NCBI GenBank assembly: GCA_024697625.1
Contig: JAILFJ010000181.1
Span: 22,500 to 86,499, forward strand
Direction of reading: 5' to 3'
DNA length: 64,000 nt
DNA from: Oscillospiraceae bacterium
Lineage (GTDB): Bacteria; Bacillota; Clostridia; Oscillospirales; Oscillospiraceae
Part shown: positions 56,718 to 64,000 of the stretch, in pieces
How positions within the stretch are numbered: the first letter of the stretch is position 1
How the letters are laid out: each line of letters begins with the position of its first letter
Translations under genes and position numbers: made by a program
The notes under the pieces: model-generated
What the model saw: the letters and a program-made list of their open reading frames with translations, nothing else
What the model was told of the DNA's origin: nothing
Database searches by the model: none

Positions 56718-58110
56718 CTGCTTTGACTTCCTCAGCCCTGCCGGTTTTTTCCGTCTCTCCGTTTTTTTCCGTCTTTCCGGTTCTGTCCGTCTCTCCGGTT
56801 TTCTCAGCCTTTCCGGCTTTCATAGCCTTCTCCCGGGCGATCTCGGCTTTGCGGACGCTCGCCTTCTTGACAATCTGGAAGGTTGCCGGTTCGATGTAAT
56901 CGATCTCCTTGTAGGCATCCAGCTCTGTCGGCAGATCGTTCCGTTTCAGCTTTTTGACGATCAGGTTGGTCACGGCGTTATATACCACCACAAACACCGG
57001 TACACCGAGCAGCATGCCCCAGAATCCGAACAGTCCACCGCCGAGGATGATGGAGAACATGACCCAGAATCCGGTGATGCCTGTGGAGTTTCCGAGGATG
57101 CGCGGCCCGATGATGTTCCCGTCAATCTGCTGGAGAATGATGATAAACACGATAAAAACCAGGCACTTGACCGGATTGACCATCAGGATGATCAGTGCGC
57201 TGGGCACCGCGCCGATCAGAGGCCCGAAGAAGGGAATGATATTTGTCACACCGATGATAACGCTGACCAGCAGCGCGTACGGCATCTGCAGGATGGCGCA
57301 GACGATATAGCAGATAATGCCGATGATCAGCGAATCCAGCAGCTTTCCGTTCAGGAAGCCCATAAAGGTTCTGTTGACAAAGTTGAGGCCGCTGCGCAGA
57401 CGTTCCGCAGTTTCGAGGCTGAAGAGGGTATAGCTCAGACGTTTGACCGCCGCGAGAAAATTCTCCCGGTCTCCGAGGAGGTAGATCGAAACGATAATGC
57501 CGATGATCAGATTATAGACGCCCTTCGCCACACCGTAAACACCGGTGGAGACCGACGTTACAATATTCCCGAGCCTCGGCAGAATGGTGTTTTCCAGCCA
57601 GGTCCCGATGTTGGCATTGAGGTTGCCCAGCCAGTTGCTGGCATATTCTTCCAGGGTCGGGTAGTTGGCCAGCAGTTTTTCCAGCCACTCGCTGAGGTTG
57701 TTTGCATAGGTGTTGCTGTTGGCCACCAGCATCTGGATACTGGTCAGCATCTGCGGCAGAATCAGCGAGACCAAAGCGACCAGAACGAGGAGCAGGACGA
57801 TCTCACACAGCAGCACCGCAATGCCTCTTGCAACCTTTCTGCCATTGTCCTTTTTGCGGTTTCGGCAGAGCTTCTCCATCAGCGGAATCAGCAGCTTCTC
57901 CTCCGTTGTTCTCATCAGCGGGGTGAGCAGGTAGCTGATCACAAGCCCCCAGATAAACGGCGCCAGAATCCCGAGCAGTCTGGAAACACCGTTTCTGATG
58001 GTGGGGAGATTACCGACGGCAAAATAAAGCAGCAGAGACGCTGCAATCACGCAGAATGCCGTCATGCCCCAGTACAGATATTTCCGATCCCAATTGAAAC
58101 GACGTCTCAT
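56686..58110 (-). CDS. AI-2E family transporter (PerM/UPF0118) with repetitive charged C-terminal tail
   Basis: ...GVTNIIPFFGPLIGAVPSALIILM...ILQQIDGNIIGPRILGNSTGITGFWVMFSIILGGGLFGFWGMLLGVPVF is the AI-2E signature region. The tail is KAGKAEKTGETDRTGKTEKNGETEKTGRAEE. The last 32 nt overlap the mtaB start. Confidence 0.8.
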   Translation of the reverse strand: MRRRFNWDRKYLYWGMTAFCVIAASLLLYFAVGNLPTIRNGVSRLLGILAPFIWGLVISYLLTPLMRTTEEKLLIPLMEKLCRNRKKDNGRKVARGIAVLLCEIVLLLVLVALVSLILPQMLTSIQMLVANSNTYANNLSEWLEKLLANYPTLEEYASNWLGNLNANIGTWLENTILPRLGNIVTSVSTGVYGVAKGVYNLIIGIIVSIYLLGDRENFLAAVKRLSYTLFSLETAERLRSGLNFVNRTFMGFLNGKLLDSLIIGIICYIVCAILQMPYALLVSVIIGVTNIIPFFGPLIGAVPSALIILMVNPVKCLVFIVFIIILQQIDGNIIGPRILGNSTGITGFWVMFSIILGGGLFGFWGMLLGVPVFVVVYNAVTNLIVKKLKRNDLPTELDAYKEIDYIEPATFQIVKKASVRKAEIAREKAMKAGKAEKTGETDRTGKTEKNGETEKTGRAEEVKADEVSDRNAGL

Positions 58111-58525
58111 CGCACTCTCCTTCCGGGTCTGTGACCGCTTCAGTCCGTATGCCGCAGGTGGCCTGATGTGTTATTTTACTATTCGCATCCGCTTCCGTCA
58201 AGCTTTTTGCTCTGCTTCTGTTCCTCTGCAGCCGGCATTCTGCGGTCTCCCGGACATCGGCGCTCCTGTGAAAGCCAGAATCTCCCCTCCGGGCCCATGA
58301 CCGGCTTCCAAAATCGCTTTTATGCATTTTCTTCCTGTCGAAAACTCTGTTCAAAAAGTTGAAAACCTCCCTGTTCTGGGGGGATTTTTTCCAAATTGAA
58401 ATCATTTATTCATTTTTTCTTCAAAAAATATGCAGCAGTATACACAATTCTGTAATCCGACATGTCCAAACTGTGAACAGCGGCTCCTCGGGACTTCTTC
58501 TCAGCAGTTCCGCTCAATTCTGTTA

Positions 58526-58553
58526 TTGATTTCTCGAACGAAATCTATATAAT
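58526..58553 (+). promoter_or_regulatory. Candidate promoter of pgi
   Basis: TTGATT (58526-58531), 16 nt, TATAAT (58548-58553). AGGAGG lies 8 nt before ATG 58586. Confidence 0.5.
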
Positions 58554-58585
58554 AGTATTATCATAAAAAACAGGAGGTTTCATCC

Positions 58586-59863
58586 ATGGTAAAGCTTGAT
58601 CTTTCCGGCGCACAGCGCTTTTTCACCCAGGCGGGTCCCGACTATGCCGCGGCCGCCAGAGCACATGAGGTCCTCGCCTCCGGCACCGGGCTGGGTTCCG
58701 ACTTCACCGGATGGCTCGGTCTTCCCCAGAAGGTAAAGGGCACCGAGCTCGACCGTATTGTGGCTGCTGCCGAGACCATTCGCTCCCGCTCCCGGGCCCT
58801 GGTTGTCATCGGCATCGGCGGTTCCTATCTGGGTGCCCGCGGCGCAATCGAGCTGCTCCGTCCGGTCCCCGCCGAGGACGATCCCGCGGTCTACTTTGTC
58901 GGCAACGGTCTCTCCGCTGACGCCCTGTGCGACACACTGGCGAAGCTCGGCGACAGGGACTTTGACGTGAATGTCATTTCCAAGTCCGGTACCACCCTCG
59001 AACCCGCCGTCTCCTTCCGGATCTTCCGTGAGCTTCTGGAGAAGAAGTACGGCGCAGAGGCCGACTCTCACATCTTTGCCACTACAGATGCCCGCCGCGG
59101 TGTCCTGAAGTCCCTGGCTGACGCAAAGGGCTGGGAGAGCTTCGTGGTTCCCGACGACGTCGGCGGCCGCTTCAGCGTCTTCTCTGCGGTCGGCCTGCTT
59201 CCGATGGCCGTCGCCGGGATCGACGTGCGCAAGGTCATCGACGCCGCCATCTGCGAGTTTAAGGCACTGGACGAGCGCAGCGAATCCAACCCCGCCTGGC
59301 AGTATGCCGCTGCCCGGCAGAACCTGTACAACAAGGGCTACGGCGTCGAGATTCTGGGCTGCTACGAACCCAGCTTCCGCTTCATGGCCGAGTGGTGGAA
59401 GCAGCTCTACGGCGAGAGCGAAGGCAAGGACCTGAAGGGCATCTTCCCCGCCTCCGTCGAGTTTACCGCAGACCTGCACTCCATGGGCCAGTACATCCAG
59501 CAGGGACAGCGCTTCCTTCAGGAGACCATCGTCCGCTTCGACCGTTCCCGCTTTGCCTATCCCGTCCCCGGTTCCGAGGACAACGCCGACGGCCTGGACT
59601 ACATCGCCGGCCGTGATCTTGCGGAGATCTGCACGGTGGCTGCCGATGCCGTCCGCGAGGCGCACATCGACGGCGGCGTTCCCAACATCGTCGTCCACTG
59701 CTCTGCGCGGGACGAAGAGGGACTGGCGGAGCTTGTCTGCTTCTTCGAGCTCGCCTGTGCGCTCTCCGGCTACATGTCCGGCGTCAATCCCTTCGACCAG
59801 CCCGGCGTCGAGGCGTATAAGAAGAACATGTTCCGCATGCTGGGCAAGCCCGGCGCGGTCTGA
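58586..59863 (+). CDS. pgi: Glucose-6-phosphate isomerase
   Basis: 425 aa. ...LVVIGIGGSYLGARG..., ISKSGTTLEP, FDQPGVEAYK are PGI hallmarks. Confidence 0.9.
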   Translation: MVKLDLSGAQRFFTQAGPDYAAAARAHEVLASGTGLGSDFTGWLGLPQKVKGTELDRIVAAAETIRSRSRALVVIGIGGSYLGARGAIELLRPVPAEDDPAVYFVGNGLSADALCDTLAKLGDRDFDVNVISKSGTTLEPAVSFRIFRELLEKKYGAEADSHIFATTDARRGVLKSLADAKGWESFVVPDDVGGRFSVFSAVGLLPMAVAGIDVRKVIDAAICEFKALDERSESNPAWQYAAARQNLYNKGYGVEILGCYEPSFRFMAEWWKQLYGESEGKDLKGIFPASVEFTADLHSMGQYIQQGQRFLQETIVRFDRSRFAYPVPGSEDNADGLDYIAGRDLAEICTVAADAVREAHIDGGVPNIVVHCSARDEEGLAELVCFFELACALSGYMSGVNPFDQPGVEAYKKNMFRMLGKPGAV

Positions 59864-59879
59864 TCAGCTCCCATATACA

Positions 59880-59989
59880 GGCCGGAATCCGGACAGATCC
59901 CGGCACGCCGGCAGACCCGGTAATATCCCGGCGGACCCGGTGACATCCCGGCTGGCCCGATAATATCCCGGCAGGCCCGATGTTATCCC
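59880..59989. repeat. Degenerate ~20-nt tandem repeat (4 clear + 1-2 degenerate units) in the pgi / I42 convergent intergenic region
   Basis: Units: ggcagacccggtaatatccc (59910-59929), ggcggacccggtgacatccc (59930-59949), ggctggcccgataatatccc (59950-59969), ggcaggcccgatgttatccc (59970-59989). They are preceded by ggccggaatccggacagatccc and ggcacgcc. Confidence 0.85.
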
Positions 59990-60023
59990 CCAACCCCCGC
60001 AAACATAATACTTTCTTACTGAA

Positions 60024-60055
60024 AGGACAGGCCCCCCGATTTGGGAGCCTGTCCT
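60024..60055. terminator. Hairpin shared by convergent pgi and I42-inhibitor genes
   Basis: aggacaggc (60024-60032) pairs with gcctgtcct (60047-60055), with a 14-nt loop. It abuts the minus-strand stop at 60057. Confidence 0.45.
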
Positions 60056-60056
60056 C

Positions 60057-60491
60057 TCAGTCTGTCACTTCTTCTGTCTGTATTTCCGGGGCGGGGGTCG
60101 TGACCGGTTCCTCGGTTCCGAGGCTGTAGGCGTCGGTCATCTCGACCTGCAGGTTTCGGTCCACCGTAAAGGTGTAGATCACCTGGTCGGCGGTCTCCCC
60201 GCCTTCCAAGGGTCTGGCATAGCTGAGCGTCACCACGGTCTTTCCCGGTTTCACAGGCGTCAGCGTGATGGTTTCCTTTCCGCCGCTACCTGCCGTGCCT
60301 TCAGGCCGCTCGTCCGCCGTATAGACCTTGTCAACCTGAAACAGCTCCTCCGACTGCTCCACCTGCCAGCTGAATCCTGTCGTCGGATTTGAATCCAGGG
60401 TCAGGGTTACGCTCTGTACCGGGAGCTCCTCCTTGCTGCATGCGGATAATATAAACATGGCTGCAAGCACCATGACAATCAGTTTTTTCAC
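60057..60491 (-). CDS. Lipoprotein, chagasin-family (MEROPS I42) cysteine-peptidase inhibitor-like
   Basis: GTG start at 60491 with GGAGGG 7 nt upstream. Lipobox LSAC (MKKLIVMVLAAMFILSACSKE). The three I42 loop motifs are present: DSNPTTGFSWQ, GSGGKETITL, SYARPLEGG. Confidence 0.7.
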   Translation of the reverse strand: MKKLIVMVLAAMFILSACSKEELPVQSVTLTLDSNPTTGFSWQVEQSEELFQVDKVYTADERPEGTAGSGGKETITLTPVKPGKTVVTLSYARPLEGGETADQVIYTFTVDRNLQVEMTDAYSLGTEEPVTTPAPEIQTEEVTD

Positions 60492-60730
60492 AGGTCATCC
60501 CTCCTTGTGCGGCGCATTCTACTCTGCGCAGGGAGCAATTTCAATGAAAAAGCTGTGAATTCAGAATTCTTCAGAAACCCCGTCTCCGGATCTTCGGGAG
60601 CAGCCGCCCCCGTAAACCGGGCCTTTTGGATCCCCCGGCCATTTTCCCTCCACTGCTCTGCTCTGCTTTGTACTGTTCCGCTTCTTCAAACCGGTCTTCC
60701 AAAAAACTTCAAAAAACTTTTCAAATTTAC

Positions 60731-60759
60731 TTGACAGCGCTTCCCTTCAGCGCTATAAT
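60731..60759 (+). promoter_or_regulatory. Consensus sigma-70 promoter driving the T-box leader
   Basis: TTGACA (60731-60736), exactly 17 nt, TATAAT (60754-60759). Confidence 0.75.
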
Positions 60760-60765
60760 GCGCTA

Positions 60766-61040
60766 AACCGTTGAAGAAGAGTGAGTAGGCGATGTCAGGG
60801 CCTCCACAGAGAGCTGCCGTCCGGTGAAAGGCAGTGTGGTCTCCACCGCTGAATGGACTTCCGAGGGCAATCAGAAACGGCGTATGCCGGAGTATGTGCG
60901 ACGGGCCGGTCCCCCGTGAACAGGATCAGCATATGTCAGTATGCGCAAAGTGGGCGTCGTGTTACGTCAAGCCGGGTGGCACCGCAGGATCTGTTGTCCT
61001 GTCCCAGCAGAAACAGCTTCGGGACAGGGCTTTTTTCTGT
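60766..61040 (+). promoter_or_regulatory. T-box riboswitch leader, tryptophan specifier (UGG)
   Basis: Stem I elements: AGTA (gtgAGTAggcg), AGAGAG and GGTGAAAG. The specifier context is GAA-TGG-A with TGG at 60854-60856. The T-box sequence AAgccGGGTGGcACCGCa lies at 60969-60986. It is followed by a terminator, and a Trp-pathway gene lies downstream. Confidence 0.85.
60998..61037 (+). terminator. T-box terminator helix
   Basis: cctgtccc (60998-61005) pairs with gggacagg (61021-61028), with additional inner agc/gct pairs. It is followed by gcTTTTTTc. Confidence 0.75.
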
Positions 61041-61088
61041 CCCGGTACAGAGATGCGGGCGAAGGCCCGAAAGAAAGGAGCCGCAACA

Positions 61089-62465
61089 ATGGCAAACGAA
61101 AAAAAGATCCCGTACAAAATCTATCTGGAAGAGAACGAGATGCCCAAGGCCTGGTACAACGTCCGGGCAGACATGAAGAACAAGCCCGCTCCCATGCTGA
61201 ATCCCGGCACGCATCAGCCCATGACCGCGGAGGAGCTCGGCGGCGTGTTCTGCGCGGAGCTTGTACAGCAGGAGCTGGACAACGACACTGCGTTTTTTGA
61301 GATTCCGCAGGAGATCCGCGACTTCTATAAGATGTACCGGCCCTCCCCCCTCGTACGGGCCTACTGCCTGGAGGAAAAGCTCCAGACCCCGGCAAAGATC
61401 TATTACAAATTCGAAGGCAACAACACCAGCGGCAGCCATAAGCTGAATTCCGCCATCGCCCAGGCCTACTATGCCAAGAATCAGGGTCTGAAGGGCGTCA
61501 CCACCGAGACCGGCGCCGGTCAGTGGGGCACGGCGCTCTCCATGGCCTGCAGCTATCTCGGTCTGGACTGCAAGGTCTATATGGTCAAGGTCAGTTACGA
61601 GCAGAAGCCCTTCCGCCGCGAGGTCATGCGCACCTACGGTGCCTCCGTCGTCCCCTCTCCCTCCGACACCACCCAGATCGGCCGCAAGATCCTCGCGGAG
61701 CACCCCGGTACCACGGGCTCTCTCGGCTGCGCGATCTCGGAGGCGGTCGAGGTCGCGACCTCGACACCCGGATACCGGTACGTGCTGGGCAGCGTTCTGA
61801 ACCAGGTGCTTCTGCATCAGTCCGTGATCGGTCTCGAGGTCAAGGCTGCGATGGACAAATACGGCATCAAGCCCGACATGATTATCGGCTGTGCCGGCGG
61901 CGGCTCCAACCTGGGCGGCCTGATCGCCCCCTTCATGGGAGAGAAGCTCCGCGGCGAGGCGGATTATGACATCGTCGCCGTCGAGCCCGCCTCCTGCCCC
62001 AGCCTGACGCGCGGCGTCTATGCCTACGACTTCTGCGACACCGGCATGGTCTGCCCCCTCGCCAAGATGTACACCCTCGGCTGTGACTTCATCCCGGCCC
62101 CCAACCACGCCGGCGGACTGCGCTACCACGGGATGAGCCCCGTTCTGTCCCAGCTCTATGACGACGGACTGATGCGGGCGGTCTCCGTCCCCCAGACCTC
62201 GGTGTTCGAGGCGGCCGAGGAGTTTGCCCGCGTCGAAGGCATCCTGCCCGCACCGGAGAGCTCTCACGCCATCCGCGTCGCCCTCGATGAGGCCAAGCGC
62301 TGCCGCGAGACCGGCGAGGAGAAGACCATCCTCTTCGGCCTCACCGGAACGGGATACTTCGACCTGGTGGCATACCAGAAGTATCACGACGGCCTGATGG
62401 ACGACTACATCCCGACGGATGAGGAGCTGGCCCTCTATCGTGCGAAGCTCCCGAAGATAGACTGA
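61089..62465 (+). CDS. TrpB-like PLP-dependent enzyme (tryptophan synthase beta, TrpB2 class), no trpA in window
   Basis: AAAGGAG precedes ATG 61089 (MANEKKIPYKIYLEENEMPKAWYNVRADM...). PLP-lysine context EGNNTSGSHKLNSA, also TETGAGQWG and GCAGGGSN. The length of 458 aa fits TrpB2. Confidence 0.85.
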   Translation: MANEKKIPYKIYLEENEMPKAWYNVRADMKNKPAPMLNPGTHQPMTAEELGGVFCAELVQQELDNDTAFFEIPQEIRDFYKMYRPSPLVRAYCLEEKLQTPAKIYYKFEGNNTSGSHKLNSAIAQAYYAKNQGLKGVTTETGAGQWGTALSMACSYLGLDCKVYMVKVSYEQKPFRREVMRTYGASVVPSPSDTTQIGRKILAEHPGTTGSLGCAISEAVEVATSTPGYRYVLGSVLNQVLLHQSVIGLEVKAAMDKYGIKPDMIIGCAGGGSNLGGLIAPFMGEKLRGEADYDIVAVEPASCPSLTRGVYAYDFCDTGMVCPLAKMYTLGCDFIPAPNHAGGLRYHGMSPVLSQLYDDGLMRAVSVPQTSVFEAAEEFARVEGILPAPESSHAIRVALDEAKRCRETGEEKTILFGLTGTGYFDLVAYQKYHDGLMDDYIPTDEELALYRAKLPKID

Positions 62466-62510
62466 GACGGCGGATTACAGAAACACCCCATCAACAGAAA
62501 ACCGATTAAG

Positions 62511-62547
62511 GCACAGATTACGGTCATGTAAACTGTGCCGTTTTTTG
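62511..62547 (+). terminator. Intrinsic terminator after the TrpB2-type gene
   Basis: ggcacagattac (62511-62522) pairs with gtaaactgtgcc (62529-62540) with one mismatch and a 6-nt loop, followed by gTTTTTTg. Confidence 0.75.
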
Positions 62548-62649
62548 TTCCCTGACCCGGAGATATCGCCGTTTTTCGTTAACTCAACCACCTGTTCGTG
62601 TTCATTTCGGTAATCAGCGATTATTTTGTTCTCCGAAATGAGGCGCCCG

Positions 62650-62748
62650 ATGTGGTTCAGATTAAAAATCGGAATATTCATAGCATCATGCCGAAAAGAA
62701 CAGGGCGTGACGCAGGCAAACCTTGCCGAAAAGTTCGGCATCAGTTGA
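62650..62748 (+). pseudogene. Truncated XRE-family helix-turn-helix remnant (32 codons)
   Basis: My translation is MWFRLKIGIFIASCRKEQGVTQANLAEKFGIS-stop. RKEQGVTQANLAEKFGIS matches the helix 2-3 region of XRE HTH domains, but the frame ends before the domain is complete. Confidence 0.35.
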
Positions 62749-62752
62749 TGAT

Positions 62753-63976
62753 TTACCGGTCATACAGTTCCGCATCGGAGAGAACCTTGGACAACTCTCC
62801 TTCAGCGATATTGATCTGAGCGTACTCTTCGTCCAGACAGTGAATCTCAAATTTCAGAAGTTTCACATCGGTCACATTCAACTCAAATTCAAAAGCTTCC
62901 GTTTCCCGGTCAACAGCTCTCGAGTGAAAGACTTCCACGCCGTCTGCATATATAACAAGTTCCGCACGGCCAAAGTTTCTTGGATCATGGCTGCCGAAAT
63001 TATTTCGCGAACTGGAAAAACACACGGCTTTGAAGCGGGAATACTTTCTGTCCAGACTCATTACAACATAGGGATTTTCGTCCCCTCGACAACCCCGAAG
63101 CAGGAAGGATCCGCTATACTCGTTACCGTAGTCGTCCCATCTTTGTCCATTGATACTGAAACCTTTCTTACTCTCTGAAAAAACCATTTTTGTCTTCTTG
63201 TCTTTCAGTTTTATCGTGACACAGGAACGGTATTTTTCCTCGTATCTTAACAAGTCCTCGTCTTCAGGCAGGACGGTGAGACCATCCTGAATAATGGACA
63301 GCGCTGCATCAGAACCGTGATCTTTGTAAGCGGAGATCGAGTTTTCAATGATCGTTGTACGGTATTTCGAACGCAGCTCCGTATACAAAGAAGCAATCTC
63401 CGCCGGGATGGAAGTACCCTGATTCAGTGCTTTCTGATAAGCACCATTCATGCCGATGAAATCATTGTTTTTCGCATACTGTATCATCTCCGCCTGAAAT
63501 CGGGCATCCGACAGTTCACTTTCCAGAATATGCAGCTCGGGATGCCAGTAGCCGATAGTTTCTTCGGCAGAGATCAGAAGCGTCTCCGCAATATCATACT
63601 CTCCATTCTGGATCGCCGTGTGTATGCTCTGAGTGATCTCTTCGAGATAGTATTCCGCCGCCTGGTCAAATTTCTCAAGTGCATCTGCGTAGTTTTTTGT
63701 GTCTTCCGGGATGACTCTGTCAAACGCTGCGAGTGCGTATTCATAATGATGCGCCTCAAGCTCTCGGATTCCTTCCTGATAATATGCTTTTGAAAGTGCA
63801 ATATCCGAAAACACCCATCGAATTGCCTGAATCTCAGCCCACAGCAGCCCCAGTTGCAAGTCCATTTTTTCCAGCGTCTGGAGGACGGATTCCATCTTCG
63901 ATTCGCTGACTGTTTCCGCCAGATAACCAGCCCAGGTTTCATCCAGGTAGTTGACTAACTGTTCTCTGCACTCCAT
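62753..63976 (-). CDS. Hypothetical protein, helical N-terminal region + NPCBM-like beta-sandwich C-terminus; may start beyond the window
   Basis: 407-aa ORF in visibly lower-GC DNA. The C-terminus ...YVVMSLDRKYSRFKAVCFSS...GRAELVIYADGVEVFHSRAVDRETEAFEFELNVTDVKLLKFEI resembles NPCBM/NEW2-type modules. The frame stays open upstream of ATG 63976 to the window end (VDGNSYSE). Confidence 0.6.
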   Translation of the reverse strand: MECREQLVNYLDETWAGYLAETVSESKMESVLQTLEKMDLQLGLLWAEIQAIRWVFSDIALSKAYYQEGIRELEAHHYEYALAAFDRVIPEDTKNYADALEKFDQAAEYYLEEITQSIHTAIQNGEYDIAETLLISAEETIGYWHPELHILESELSDARFQAEMIQYAKNNDFIGMNGAYQKALNQGTSIPAEIASLYTELRSKYRTTIIENSISAYKDHGSDAALSIIQDGLTVLPEDEDLLRYEEKYRSCVTIKLKDKKTKMVFSESKKGFSINGQRWDDYGNEYSGSFLLRGCRGDENPYVVMSLDRKYSRFKAVCFSSSRNNFGSHDPRNFGRAELVIYADGVEVFHSRAVDRETEAFEFELNVTDVKLLKFEIHCLDEEYAQINIAEGELSKVLSDAELYDR

Positions 63977-64000
63977 CTCACTGTACGAGTTTCCGTCAAC

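Noticed and set aside
58111-58400. Guanidine-I (ykkC-like) or other known riboswitch in the transporter leader, prompted by a CCGGGAGA string.
   Set aside because: The other conserved blocks of that class (CUAGGGUUCCGG, GGUCCGAGAG, ACGGCGGGA) are absent. It does not resemble c-di-GMP or ZTP motifs either.
59880-59989. CRISPR array.
   Set aside because: The units are contiguous with no unique spacers, are only ~20 nt long and degenerate, and no cas genes are nearby.
60507-60734. 75-aa plus-strand ORF between the I42 gene and the T-box promoter.
   Set aside because: It has no RBS and no motifs. It spans the likely promoter region of the I42 gene and ends inside the T-box promoter.

Overview
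This is a GC-rich (roughly 60% by eye), almost fully coding chromosomal segment with Firmicutes/Clostridia-like features: AGGAGG-type RBSs, a T-box leader, PFOR and clostridial-type sufC-sufB/D. Most genes are on the minus strand.

The left ~38 kb is dominated by a co-directional array of very large secreted proteins:
- Four paralogous subtilisin-like (S8) peptidases. One is cut by the left window edge and is missing from the ORF track.
- One of these S8 genes carries a near-perfect 579-bp in-frame tandem duplication and an extra C-terminal caspase/legumain-like (clan CD) peptidase domain.
- A 130-aa lipoprotein that resembles the S8 prodomain.
- Two giant proteins (1504 and ~2839 aa) with a transglutaminase-like Cys-His-Asp core, BspA-type leucine-rich repeats and Ig-like arrays.
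- After a housekeeping wedge (sufC, sufB/D, tdk, udk, deoD), a 1355-aa LRR/Ig protein that shares their leader and C-terminal stalk.

All of these share a conserved signal peptide followed by a long acidic E/P-rich spacer. I saw no wall-anchor motif in any of them. This array is the best candidate for an undescribed system.

The right ~26 kb is mostly ordinary. It holds PFOR (nifJ), an operon of C-N hydrolase + REC-HD-GYP + two hybrid histidine kinases, an EamA transporter, a ketopantoate-reductase-like gene, a YkvI-like transporter, TraX, mtaB, an AI-2E transporter and pgi. It also holds a chagasin-type (I42) inhibitor lipoprotein and a Trp-specific T-box in front of an orphan TrpB2-type gene. 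The window ends in a lower-GC segment with an HTH remnant and an NPCBM-like protein.

I recognised no rRNA, tRNA, CRISPR array, transposase or integrase. All domain calls come from reading motifs in the translations, not from database searches. Novelty cannot be established without such searches.
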